A DNA stretch of 64,000 nucleotides from the IMG/VR virus record IMGVR_UViG_3300012953_003264, positions 17,032-81,031 of that record; one strand, 5' to 3'. The translations under genes were made by a program, and so were the position numbers. Position 1 is the first letter of the stretch, and every line of letters begins with the position of its first letter. Positions 1 to 8,756 of the stretch are shown here, in pieces. Source of the stretch: a virus (lineage: Duplodnaviria > Caudoviricetes). A model generated the notes under the pieces. That model did no database searches. It was given only the letters and a program-made list of their open reading frames with translations, and had not been told where the DNA came from.

Positions 1-236
1 GCGTTAGTAGCTCCGTCCCAATGAAGCTCTACTGCTGACTTACTATTAGCAGTGTTAATAGAATACCATATTTTTGATATGTTTCTATTGCCATCTTCGG
101 TCATAAATGTTGTTGCTGAAGCGTCAACCTTATTAACCAAATCTTCGCCTGTACCGTCAGATAAGTTTGTCATTTTAACTACAAATTTTTGACCTGAAGT
201 ATCCGTTAAAGTTTGTGTTGTTACTATATCTGCCAT
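1..236 (-). CDS. Hypothetical head-region protein, truncated by window start
   Basis: Manual translation from ATG at 236: MADIVTTQTLTDTSGQKFVVKMTNLSDGTGEDLVNKVDAS..., open to position 1; not in ORF track; resembles ORF 893-1285. Confidence 0.6.
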   Translation of the reverse strand, partial: MADIVTTQTLTDTSGQKFVVKMTNLSDGTGEDLVNKVDASATTFMTEDGNRNISKIWYSINTANSKSAVELHWDGATN

Positions 237-239
237 TTA

Positions 240-461
240 TTACTCCAATATTAACTTCTTAATATGTCTATTTCCTAGACTATCTTCTTCAATTTCTGCT
301 TTAGACTTTAGGCATTGATACTGAACACTACCACCACCTTTTAATTGCCTTTCAGCTATCCTTTTTCCTTTTAAACACATAGACATTGATTCTTGTATTC
401 TATGCTCCTTAATCTCTTGATTTACAATCATTAGCAAAGCTACAACTGTTTCTACTATCAT
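240..461 (-). CDS. Small hypothetical protein with hydrophobic N-terminus
   Basis: 73-aa ORF tightly packed in operon; N-terminal VETVVALLMIV, two Cys. Confidence 0.55.
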   Translation of the reverse strand: MIVETVVALLMIVNQEIKEHRIQESMSMCLKGKRIAERQLKGGGSVQYQCLKSKAEIEEDSLGNRHIKKLILE

Positions 462-466
462 AATCG

Positions 467-886
467 TTAATGTGCATTACCATTTTTATACACAATCTCC
501 CTATTAGAATCTTTTAATTTTTCAATATCTTCTAACATCTTCTCAACTTGTTTCTGTAGAAACTCAATATTCACTTTGTTTGTCATATTCTGCTCAAGGT
601 TTTTTTCTATTTTCTCCACCGACTTATATAAATCCTCTATCAACATAAATTGCTCGGCGTCGGCCGGCAAGGAACCCATTTCACCTCTTGGCCATTTAAT
701 TCTAAATTCTACATTTTTTTCTAAATCAGCTTGCATTAATGTAATTTGTGTGCTATGCTGATTTAATTTTTCAGTTATACCAAAATAAGACCATACTCCG
801 ATACCGACTGCTCCTATTATGGCGAGCATGTTTCGGACCGGCATACTAATTGCTGTATTGTCGCTCACATCTATTCTATCTTTCAT
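467..886 (-). CDS. Single-TM, coiled-coil hypothetical protein
   Basis: 139 aa; TM segment MLAIIGAVGIGVWSYFGI, heptad-rich C-terminus; GGAG RBS upstream. Confidence 0.65.
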   Translation of the reverse strand: MKDRIDVSDNTAISMPVRNMLAIIGAVGIGVWSYFGITEKLNQHSTQITLMQADLEKNVEFRIKWPRGEMGSLPADAEQFMLIEDLYKSVEKIEKNLEQNMTNKVNIEFLQKQVEKMLEDIEKLKDSNREIVYKNGNAH

Positions 887-892
887 AAACTC

Positions 893-1285
893 CTATACCG
901 TTGTAAAACCACTTTCTTTATGACACTCAATAATTAAACTAAAATTTTTTAAATTAGTTCCTGTTTTTACCTTTATATTACCTGCGCCTGACTCTGGTTT
1001 AATTTTAGCCTCACTAGGTTTTAAACCATAATTATCTCTACCTGTAAGAGTTAAGAATGGGTCACCGTCATCAAATTGTAGAGTAACTTGTCCTGTTTGT
1101 TCTACATTATTCACTTTCTCATTAACAACTTCGTGATATACATTAGCAACTGATATTTTTGATTCGTTAGTTGCACCACTTAATTTTTCAACATCTATAA
1201 TAGTTTCGTCTTCACTCTTTTTACCAGTAATAACCTTAATAACTTTAAAGTTATCATCAACTAATCCTGTATTAGTTAATGCCAT
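893..1285 (-). CDS. Hypothetical protein (beta-rich, head-gene region)
   Basis: 130-aa ORF, start overlaps upstream stop at 1285. Confidence 0.6.
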   Translation of the reverse strand: MALTNTGLVDDNFKVIKVITGKKSEDETIIDVEKLSGATNESKISVANVYHEVVNEKVNNVEQTGQVTLQFDDGDPFLTLTGRDNYGLKPSEAKIKPESGAGNIKVKTGTNLKNFSLIIECHKESGFTTV

Positions 1286-1521
1286 TACTGTGCGTCATAG
1301 TAAGTCTTTGATAACTCACCACGCTCAACTGTTGTTCCTTTTTTTCTACATCTAACATATACTTTGGTAACTGCTGATGTACCTGGTCTAGTATGTGTTC
1401 TTATACCACCAGAAAAAGTTGAGTTTGCACCTGCTCCTGAATCAGAATATGTATTGGCCGCTGTAGCAGTATTTTCATATTGCCACACACTATTTGAACC
1501 TGGAACATCTACCCACGCCAT
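1285..1521 (-). CDS. Hypothetical protein
   Basis: 78-aa ORF, GGAG RBS at about 1527-1531. Confidence 0.55.
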   Translation of the reverse strand: MAWVDVPGSNSVWQYENTATAANTYSDSGAGANSTFSGGIRTHTRPGTSAVTKVYVRCRKKGTTVERGELSKTYYDAQ

Positions 1522-1522
1522 G

Positions 1523-1750
1523 TTATTCTCCTGTTTCTTTGTCTATATAATCATAGACAATATCTGTTTTAACATTGTGTTTAAGAGCAACTTTATCTAT
1601 TGTTGATTCAACCTCTTTTACAACATCATTAGTTTCATAATCAACTTGATTAAAAAAATCATTTACCACATCTTTGTGTTGTGGTGATAATGCATTAAAA
1701 GTAGTAGTATCAACTACATTTGATTTAAGTAGTTGGCTGACTCTCATCAT
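1523..1750 (-). CDS. Hypothetical protein (start revised from 1828 to 1750/1747)
   Basis: Track extension to 1828 is low-complexity Gln/Arg read-through overlapping the upstream gene; plausible protein starts MMRVSQLLKS. Confidence 0.5.
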   Translation of the reverse strand: MMRVSQLLKSNVVDTTTFNALSPQHKDVVNDFFNQVDYETNDVVKEVESTIDKVALKHNVKTDIVYDYIDKETGE

Positions 1751-2057
1751 TACTTGGCGCCTCTGCCTCTGGTGTTGCTGGTGCTTCTGCTTCAGTAGCA
1801 GCTGGCACTTCTTGTCCTTGCGTATCAATCATAGTCGCTGTTTCAGGACTAGGGTCTGTTACATGAGGTTTAGGGTCGCTATGTGCTTCAGGTTCTATTC
1901 CATTAAATATTTTTCCTGCAACAACTTCCCTATGAGCGTCTAGTGAGCTTGCCACTTTATCTCTTAATGCGTCTTTAAATACATCTCCAGCTTTTACATT
2001 ATCGCCTGCTTGTAAGGCGTCAACGAATTGTGCTGTTTTACTTTGTTCTTCCGACAT
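1725..2057 (-). CDS. Prohead core protein-like (gp67-like), acidic
   Basis: Immediately downstream of portal as in T4-like gene order; helical N-terminus (DALRDKVASSLDAHR), acidic Pro/Ala/Glu tail; AGGAG RBS. Confidence 0.5.
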   Translation of the reverse strand: MSEEQSKTAQFVDALQAGDNVKAGDVFKDALRDKVASSLDAHREVVAGKIFNGIEPEAHSDPKPHVTDPSPETATMIDTQGQEVPAATEAEAPATPEAEAPSNDESQPTT

Positions 2058-2066
2058 AATTTCTCC

Positions 2067-3581
2067 TTATTTTACTTCTCTAGTAAATTCACCGGCGTCT
2101 GGCATTGAAATAATACCATCGTCAATTTCTTTCTTAATTTGTTTATTAATGTCTGCAATATCTCTATCAGTTTGTCGTAATACATTTTTTCTAACAAACT
2201 CTACAGAAAAATATTTACCAACATAATCTCTCATTGAGTCTGCAACTCTCAATCTTTCCATCAACAATTCAGACTCTTTTAATTCTGCAAAGTGTCCGTC
2301 TTGTAAAAAATCATACTGTAGATTATCTCTTACTGTAAACCAATCAGCTTCTGCTATAACAGCTTTTAAAACTAATTGTGTTCTCAATATATCATTAAAC
2401 AATTCAGTAAATTTTTTTCTTAACCTTTGAACAAATTTAGTAAATTTAAGTTCATCTCTAGTAATTTCAGTTGAACGACCAAGATTAAAACCTTGATTCG
2501 CTTCTAATCTACTAGCAGGAACATTTAAACTTCTATAAAGTTTTGCTCTAAAGTATTCTATGTCTGTAATTTCTCCAAGATTTTGACCACCAGGCAATGT
2601 AGAAATATCTGTACCTCTACCACCTTCTCTACTTGGTAACCAAAAGTCTTCAAGCATTGACATGTAGTTTCTATCATCTCTGATTTCACCTGTACTTGCG
2701 TCATAGACAAGTTTGTTTCTGTATCTTGCCATAACATCTCGTAAGTATTGTTCTGCTTTTACTTTCGGTAAATTACCTACATCAATTTTAAATATTCTTC
2801 TTTCAGGCGCTCTTGCTATTCTGTAAATAACAGCAGCGTCTTCAATCATTCTTAATTGATTTGTTGGTTTAATAGCCTTATGTAAATAAGACAAGACCAT
2901 ATTTTTATTCTGGTCTACTAAACCACTTGGTACAAATGCGATTGTATCTGGAGCAATCTTAATGCCACCAGATGTTGTACCTGCTACACCTTTTTCATTA
3001 AATAAAAAGTATTCTTCTATGTGGTCAACAACTGTTAAACCATGAGGCGTAGGTCCGTCAGGTCTTTGTTTTCTAACTTCTCTTACCTTTTTAATTTTTC
3101 TAGGGTCAATGTATCTTAATTCTGTAATACCTTTTACAGGAGATTCTCTATCAATTACTTTATGATAATAGATTCTTCCGTCAACATACCATCTTCTAAA
3201 GATATCATGCCCTCTGGTATTAAAATTCATTAATCTTAATACTTCTTGGAATTCGTCTTCTATTTTTCTTTTGATTTCGTTACCAAACGGAAGCGTATCT
3301 AAACGCAACTTTACAGCGTCTTTAAGTTCGTTTGCTACAACAGCTTCATTGATAATATCTTCAATAGCCATATCGCACTCCGGATGGAGAGCAATTTCTC
3401 TGTATCTACGAATTAAATCCTGCTCTGTTTTAGCAGTACCTTCCATGTCAAGGTACTGACCAAAGTAACCACCGGCGGCGATGGTTTGTGTTCCATCTTC
3501 CGCCTGTGGTTGTGTAAAGCTTTGTTTCGGGTCTGCTTGTTTTTTAGTCCGTGTGATAGAAAACCCAAATAAATCAGCCAT
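2067..3581 (-). CDS. gp20: T4-like portal vertex protein
   Basis: Motifs LIRRYREIALHPECDMAIEDI, FRRWYVDGR, YRIARAPERRIFKIDVGNLP, EDFWLPSREGGRGT. Confidence 0.97.
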   Translation of the reverse strand: MADLFGFSITRTKKQADPKQSFTQPQAEDGTQTIAAGGYFGQYLDMEGTAKTEQDLIRRYREIALHPECDMAIEDIINEAVVANELKDAVKLRLDTLPFGNEIKRKIEDEFQEVLRLMNFNTRGHDIFRRWYVDGRIYYHKVIDRESPVKGITELRYIDPRKIKKVREVRKQRPDGPTPHGLTVVDHIEEYFLFNEKGVAGTTSGGIKIAPDTIAFVPSGLVDQNKNMVLSYLHKAIKPTNQLRMIEDAAVIYRIARAPERRIFKIDVGNLPKVKAEQYLRDVMARYRNKLVYDASTGEIRDDRNYMSMLEDFWLPSREGGRGTDISTLPGGQNLGEITDIEYFRAKLYRSLNVPASRLEANQGFNLGRSTEITRDELKFTKFVQRLRKKFTELFNDILRTQLVLKAVIAEADWFTVRDNLQYDFLQDGHFAELKESELLMERLRVADSMRDYVGKYFSVEFVRKNVLRQTDRDIADINKQIKKEIDDGIISMPDAGEFTREVK

Positions 3582-3608
3582 AATATTTTTCCTTTAATTA
3601 CTACTTAA

Positions 3609-3616
3609 TATTTATA
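3609..3616 (-). promoter_or_regulatory. T4-type late promoter TATAAATA (portal)
   Basis: tatttata on + strand in the 37-nt gap between gp19 and gp20. Confidence 0.7.
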
Positions 3617-3618
3617 TA

Positions 3619-4146
3619 CTATGTAGTAGTGTTACTTTCAAAGTATTGATATGAGAAAGTTACAGCAAATTCTTCAATTGCTGTTGCTTCGTCATATGTC
3701 AATTCAATCGGAGCGATTGTATTAGGAAATGCACCTCTTAAAGTGTAAGACTTAATCGTTGCTCCATTTCTATCCAATTGGTCAACAAATGCGTCAACTT
3801 GATAATCTGCTGGATTAGTCAAGCCTTCGTTATCTGTCATATTGTTTATACCGTTCATCCATCTTTCAAATGCGTTTCTTAATTTGAAATTTGTATCGTT
3901 ATAAACTGTAACAGACCAATCTTCTATTGTTCTATCACCCGCTATTTTCACAGCTCGTCCTCTAAAAGGAACATTAAACGCTGGTACGGTCATACCAGGT
4001 AATGCTGTCGCTCTGCATAAAAAAGCAAGCTCTTCTATTTCGCCACCAACTTGAGCGTAACCAGGAAAAGGCATTGTTACCTTAAACTGATTGGCTCTTG
4101 CGCCACCGCCTGCAAGTTTAGCTTTGAAATCATTAATGTTTGCCAT
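3619..4146 (-). CDS. gp19: Tail tube protein
   Basis: GGARANQF, FRGRAVKIAGDRT, W-x-VTVYND, LRNAFERWMNGIN; between gp18 and gp20. Confidence 0.93.
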   Translation of the reverse strand: MANINDFKAKLAGGGARANQFKVTMPFPGYAQVGGEIEELAFLCRATALPGMTVPAFNVPFRGRAVKIAGDRTIEDWSVTVYNDTNFKLRNAFERWMNGINNMTDNEGLTNPADYQVDAFVDQLDRNGATIKSYTLRGAFPNTIAPIELTYDEATAIEEFAVTFSYQYFESNTTT

Positions 4147-4157
4147 GATTTTTCTCC

Positions 4158-6077
4158 TTAACCTGCAACTTCATCAAAACTGACACCAGTTCTGGTTGCG
4201 ATAAATTGTAAAGTAATGAAGTTAATGCTTCTTGCTGGTTTAATAAAAATCTCAGCAATGAATTCATTTCTATCAATTACTTCGCCTGTGTTGTTAGTTT
4301 CATCACATACTACTAAAAAGTCCGTGATACCTCTTCTACCTTGTACCTCTCGTAAGAACGGCTCAACAATGTTTCTAAAGTTTGCTCTAGTAAACTCATC
4401 ATTGAATTCAAACAATTGGAATTTAGAAGCAGTAGCAATCGCTTTTTCTAGTACGATAAACAATCTTCTTACATTTATTCTGTCAAATGCTGAAGGTGCC
4501 GATAATCCAGTTTTATCTCCGAATAATACAGTTCCTTGTCCTGGGAATGTTGCCACAGGATTTACTCTAGCTCTGTATAATTCATCTCTTTGAGATTGTG
4601 TTGGATTGAAAGCAAGTTTTACTGCGCCTCTAATTATACCTCTATTCAGACCTGCTGGTGAGAACCAAGCGTCTGCAACAAGGTCAGTTCTAGCGGCTAG
4701 ACCTGCAATGTCACCGTTAAGTGGTACATATCTGTATATGTCAGCATATCTGTCATACATGTATTTGTAACCACTATCAAATACAGCGTAAGATGTTGAG
4801 TTGATTTGGTTGTAAAAACCAATCACATTATCTTTTTGTGTATTTGAGTCAGCAATATTAACTACATCACTTCTTTCCGGAGAAGCAAATACGATTGCGT
4901 CTTTTCGGTTTTCTGCGAGTGTAATTAGATTGTCAATATGTGTTTTATCTCCTGCACCTGCAATGATTAAACCGATATCAACTGTTTCTGAATCTGCAAA
5001 TTTTTCATAAGCAGTTTTCTTTTGACCAGTTGTAGCAGCCGAACCATCAGAACCACTTTGTAAAGATACATTTGAAACAGCAGTTACATCCGTAAATGTT
5101 GTTCCAGAAGCCGCACTACCCCAGTTTGAACCTGAAGCGTTGTGGTCCATCCAGTAAATGTTACTAGATTGATTGTATATTACATTAGGATAATAATTAT
5201 CAGAACCTTGTGGTGATTTTGCGTCTGAAGCTTTAGACAATGAGTTATAAACTTCTAAAACATCGCCTTTAGTTCCTGTTATTCCACCGTCTTCGTCTAT
5301 AATTACTACATGAAGTTCATCATTAGAACCACCTCTTGCTGAAGCGTAAGGTGATGTTCCTGGTGCCTTGTTTACTAAATCATAATACTTCCATCTTCGT
5401 CTTACAGCTGCTCCGTTTGTCAAAGCGTTATGTAATCCAGAAGAGTCTGATACGCCAAAGTATGCTGGTTCTTCTTTTCTAACAATTGATAAGTCGTTTG
5501 TATTAACTGCTACAACTCTATACTCAAATTTGTCAGCAAAGTTTACTATGTCTCCTACAGAAATACCAACTCCAGATGTTACTGTAACGACAGTATCTCC
5601 AACAGCAGTTGAAGCGTCATTTACAGTTGTCTTTGAAGTTTCTTCATAAGCAGTAGCAGATGGACAAGTTGAAATTTGTAAATTATTTCCCCATGCGCCA
5701 GCTGTTCTAGCTGCCCACAATCCTACAGAAGCAGAACCGTCAGCATGATTATTTTGGTAATCAGTAGTATTCTTAACAACAAATGTACTACCACTTTCGG
5801 TAGCATTTGATACAGATGAATTCTGTACTCGGACAACCCTTAAAGAATTAGAGTATTGTAAAAAGTTAGCAGCTGAGAAAAAATCCTCAAAGTTTGTGCT
5901 ATCTGGTTTACCAAATTTAGTTACTAATTCCTGTTCACTAGAAATTGATGTAACATCATCTAAAGGTCCTTTACTGAATTTACCAGCAAAAGCTCCGATT
6001 GATGTTGATACAGCAGGAATAATTCTAGTTAGGTCTTTTTCCTGTACGAGAACACCTGGTGATACTTGAAATGCCAT
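4158..6077 (-). CDS. gp18: Tail sheath protein
   Basis: MAFQVSPGVLVQEKD, WFSPAGLNRG, GDKT...FDRINVRRLF, FEFNDEFTR, IKPARSINFITLQF. Confidence 0.97.
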   Translation of the reverse strand: MAFQVSPGVLVQEKDLTRIIPAVSTSIGAFAGKFSKGPLDDVTSISSEQELVTKFGKPDSTNFEDFFSAANFLQYSNSLRVVRVQNSSVSNATESGSTFVVKNTTDYQNNHADGSASVGLWAARTAGAWGNNLQISTCPSATAYEETSKTTVNDASTAVGDTVVTVTSGVGISVGDIVNFADKFEYRVVAVNTNDLSIVRKEEPAYFGVSDSSGLHNALTNGAAVRRRWKYYDLVNKAPGTSPYASARGGSNDELHVVIIDEDGGITGTKGDVLEVYNSLSKASDAKSPQGSDNYYPNVIYNQSSNIYWMDHNASGSNWGSAASGTTFTDVTAVSNVSLQSGSDGSAATTGQKKTAYEKFADSETVDIGLIIAGAGDKTHIDNLITLAENRKDAIVFASPERSDVVNIADSNTQKDNVIGFYNQINSTSYAVFDSGYKYMYDRYADIYRYVPLNGDIAGLAARTDLVADAWFSPAGLNRGIIRGAVKLAFNPTQSQRDELYRARVNPVATFPGQGTVLFGDKTGLSAPSAFDRINVRRLFIVLEKAIATASKFQLFEFNDEFTRANFRNIVEPFLREVQGRRGITDFLVVCDETNNTGEVIDRNEFIAEIFIKPARSINFITLQFIATRTGVSFDEVAG

Positions 6078-6112
6078 TTTGGTTTTCTCCTTAATTAGCT
6101 AATTATTTTTAA

Positions 6113-6155
6113 ATATTCAAATTTCGTATTATTCATACGCCCATATTCAAATTTC
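6113..6155. repeat. 13-nt direct repeat ATATTCAAATTTC x2 flanking a small stem-loop in the gp18 leader
   Basis: Copies at 6113-6125 and 6143-6155; CGTAT-N5-ATACG at 6125-6139. Confidence 0.7.
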
Positions 6156-6166
6156 AACCTTACAGA

Positions 6167-6174
6167 TATTTATA
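6167..6174 (-). promoter_or_regulatory. T4-type late promoter TATAAATA (sheath)
   Basis: tatttata in gp17-gp18 intergenic region, 90 nt upstream of gp18 ATG. Confidence 0.7.
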
Positions 6175-6185
6175 ATAAACATAAT

Positions 6186-7814
6186 CTACAACCCTTTACG
6201 CACTACGGGGTGCCACACATCTCCATACTCATCAACCTCTGTCTTTTCATGGTCTGGAGTACCATCATCTACGAAGCCAAAAGGCGCCATGTCTTGCTCA
6301 ATTTGATGTTGTTGTTCTTCATACAACACTTTTCTAGCGTTTGTATCGGTCATCTCTTTAAAGAATGGTTGGTTTGCGAGCCATCCAAATATGACTAGAC
6401 ACATCATCAAATCGTCTGTACAACCCTCCTCTGCCATCCATGATTGACCACGCCTAACAAATGTTGACATCTCTTCAATTATGTTAAAATCATTTACTAA
6501 TACTTTATCACTTTCTAATAATGATTTAATATTTGAACAACCTATTTTTTTAATTTGTTTGGTCATCTTTACACCAAATCCAGAACCTCTACCTGAAAAT
6601 CCTGCACCTAATATTTGACCAGCTCTACCTCTTTGTGTTGTCATTAAAAGATTGTCATACTCTAATTCAAATTGTAATGCCTCTGCTATTTGTTGGCCTA
6701 AATCATTTACTTCAACTAATATATGAGCATGATTATATCCTTTACAAACTCTATCTATTGTATGTGGAAATAATAAAGGTTTAATATCGTTATCTCTAAA
6801 CTTGGCGACAACTCTAAAAGGCATTTCTGTAACATCTATAATTACAAATGCTGAATAATCTTTTTGTACACCTCTCGCAACATCAACTGTACAAACATAT
6901 GTTCTATCTTTTTGTGGTTGTTCATAAACATCTAAACATGCATTTGATTGAATAGGTTGTTTAAATGTCATGTTTTTAATTTTAGCAGGATTAATTAATG
7001 TGTTAACAGAACCTAAAAACTCACATTCAAACTCTTGTTGAAACTGCTCTGGTGAGGTGTTTCTAATTGTTCTTTCTTTCCACTCTTCATCTCTGCCAGG
7101 CACTTCCGACCAATGCACTTCAATAGGAACATAATCATTTCTTTTTTCTTGAGCGTCTGTCCATAATTTGTAAAACTGATTCATACCATAAGGTGTAGAA
7201 ACAATTACCATTTTAGTTTTTTGTCCAGATGATATCGTAGGATAAACAGAGCTAAAAAACATTTCGGCAATATTAGCAGGTACGAAAGCAAATTCATCTA
7301 GGAAAATAATATTATATGAACCACCTCGGATAGCACTTGAAGATGTAGCAGCCGCCACTATTTGAGATTTATTTTCTAATTCAATATTACCTTTGTTCCA
7401 GTTTATAACACCTTGTTGTAACCACTTTGGTAAATTCTCATATGCTAATTGTACTCTACCTAAAATATCTCTAGCAGTAGATGACTTATTGGCAAGTATG
7501 GCAATGTTACTGTTTGGGTTAAATAAGGCGTAATGTAATAAGTAAGATACGGTAGTTGTTGACTTACCTGATTGTCTAGGTAGTTTACAAATTGTGAATC
7601 TATTATCATGTATAGTCCTTACAATATGTTTCTGAAAGTTGTACATCTTAAAAGGTACAAGACCTTCATCAAGAGAAACAATCCTTATGTATTTCTCCAT
7701 AAAGTAAATGGGGTCTTTACCACACTTTTGATATTCTAAAATTTGTTCTTTAGTAAACTCAACTGGTGTGTTGACTTTTTTTAAATTTGGATTACCTAGA
7801 TATGCGTCAGTCAT
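6186..7814 (-). CDS. gp17: Terminase large subunit
   Basis: YLGNPNLK N-terminus, Walker A PRQSGKST, Walker B IIFLDEFAF, nuclease VDVARG/DYSA/DDLMM. Confidence 0.97.
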   Translation of the reverse strand: MTDAYLGNPNLKKVNTPVEFTKEQILEYQKCGKDPIYFMEKYIRIVSLDEGLVPFKMYNFQKHIVRTIHDNRFTICKLPRQSGKSTTTVSYLLHYALFNPNSNIAILANKSSTARDILGRVQLAYENLPKWLQQGVINWNKGNIELENKSQIVAAATSSSAIRGGSYNIIFLDEFAFVPANIAEMFFSSVYPTISSGQKTKMVIVSTPYGMNQFYKLWTDAQEKRNDYVPIEVHWSEVPGRDEEWKERTIRNTSPEQFQQEFECEFLGSVNTLINPAKIKNMTFKQPIQSNACLDVYEQPQKDRTYVCTVDVARGVQKDYSAFVIIDVTEMPFRVVAKFRDNDIKPLLFPHTIDRVCKGYNHAHILVEVNDLGQQIAEALQFELEYDNLLMTTQRGRAGQILGAGFSGRGSGFGVKMTKQIKKIGCSNIKSLLESDKVLVNDFNIIEEMSTFVRRGQSWMAEEGCTDDLMMCLVIFGWLANQPFFKEMTDTNARKVLYEEQQHQIEQDMAPFGFVDDGTPDHEKTEVDEYGDVWHPVVRKGL

Positions 7815-8094
7815 TTAATACTATTGCCTCTATATGTGTATAGCCTAATTTGATAGCAGCCTGCACTCTTTGACTACCTCTATACACCGAATATTGTTTT
7901 TCTGCATAAGGTTTACCATTGACACCAAATCTAGGTTTTAAAGAATAACTATGTTGTCTAACTTCTATAGGATTTTGTAAATCTTCACCGTCTATTAGTT
8001 CCTTTAACGGCGTCATAGATTTTATATAGTGTATTTTAGATATTTCTACTATAAACTTATTCTTTAGTTTCTGCTTTGCCTTCAATAGTTTCAT
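7807..8094 (-). CDS. Small ParB/Srx-like domain protein
   Basis: NPIEV...YRGSQRVQAAIKLGYTHIEAIV resembles ParB-N motif G-x2-R-x2-A-x3-LG; overlaps both terminase genes. Confidence 0.45.
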   Translation of the reverse strand: MKLLKAKQKLKNKFIVEISKIHYIKSMTPLKELIDGEDLQNPIEVRQHSYSLKPRFGVNGKPYAEKQYSVYRGSQRVQAAIKLGYTHIEAIVLND

Positions 8095-8542
8095 TTTCTT
8101 TTGCCTTATCAGCTGATGTTTCGGGTGTTTCTTTTCTTAACATCTTTTGCAATTCGTGGGTTGAACCTACAAATAATGCATTTTTTATATTAGTGTTGGC
8201 AGTTTTTGGCAACTCTTTTAAGTCTTTTAATTTTTTCTGTAAATCTTGTAACTTATCTGTAACTTGAGCAACTTGTCCGATTAATTGACCAGCAACCTCA
8301 TAGGCTCTAGGGTGTTGTCCTTCTTTTGCAATATCTAATATACCATCTATTGCTTCTTGACCTTTTTCAATTAATTGATAATAGTTATCTCTACTAGTAT
8401 CATAATCTTGGTCAACATGTGGTTTATCACCTACTGGCAAGTTATCTTTCTTAATTTCAGGTGGTGAAAAGTCTTTAACATCTATTGCGTCTTTCTTTTC
8501 TATGCCTAAAATATCGTTTACGCTGTCCTCTAGTTTAGTCAA
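8057..8542 (-). CDS. gp16: Terminase small subunit
   Basis: EKGQEAIDGILDIAKEGQHPRAYEVAGQLI, NALFVGSTHELQKML; position between gp15 and gp17. Confidence 0.85.
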   Translation of the reverse strand: MTKLEDSVNDILGIEKKDAIDVKDFSPPEIKKDNLPVGDKPHVDQDYDTSRDNYYQLIEKGQEAIDGILDIAKEGQHPRAYEVAGQLIGQVAQVTDKLQDLQKKLKDLKELPKTANTNIKNALFVGSTHELQKMLRKETPETSADKAKENETIEGKAETKE

Positions 8543-8744
8543 AATCTGTCCTTACTATATGTTTTCTTAAAGCTCTAACCAATTCTTCAATTTTATCTAT
8601 AACCGAAATCAAACTTTTATCTGTTATGAATTGTTGTCTGCCTCTTAATTTGTCGTACTCTTTTAACGGAATAGTAACCGTACTTTGTTCATTTTCATAT
8701 GTTAAATCATGGTCATGTGTATCTCTATCAATTTCATCACTCAT
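8535..8744 (-). CDS. Hypothetical protein
   Basis: 69-aa ORF with GGAG RBS, overlaps gp16 start. Confidence 0.55.
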   Translation of the reverse strand: MSDEIDRDTHDHDLTYENEQSTVTIPLKEYDKLRGRQQFITDKSLISVIDKIEELVRALRKHIVRTDFD

Positions 8745-8756
8745 AAATCTCCTTTA

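Noticed and set aside
1751-1828. Gln/Arg-rich N-terminal extension of ORF 1523-1828
   Set aside because: It is the alternate-frame reading of the Ala/Pro/Glu tail of ORF 1725-2057; start placed at 1750/1747
6186-8542. Intein or homing endonuclease in or near terminase
   Set aside because: gp17 is of normal length with contiguous motifs; the intervening ORF lacks HNH, GIY-YIG or LAGLIDADG motifs
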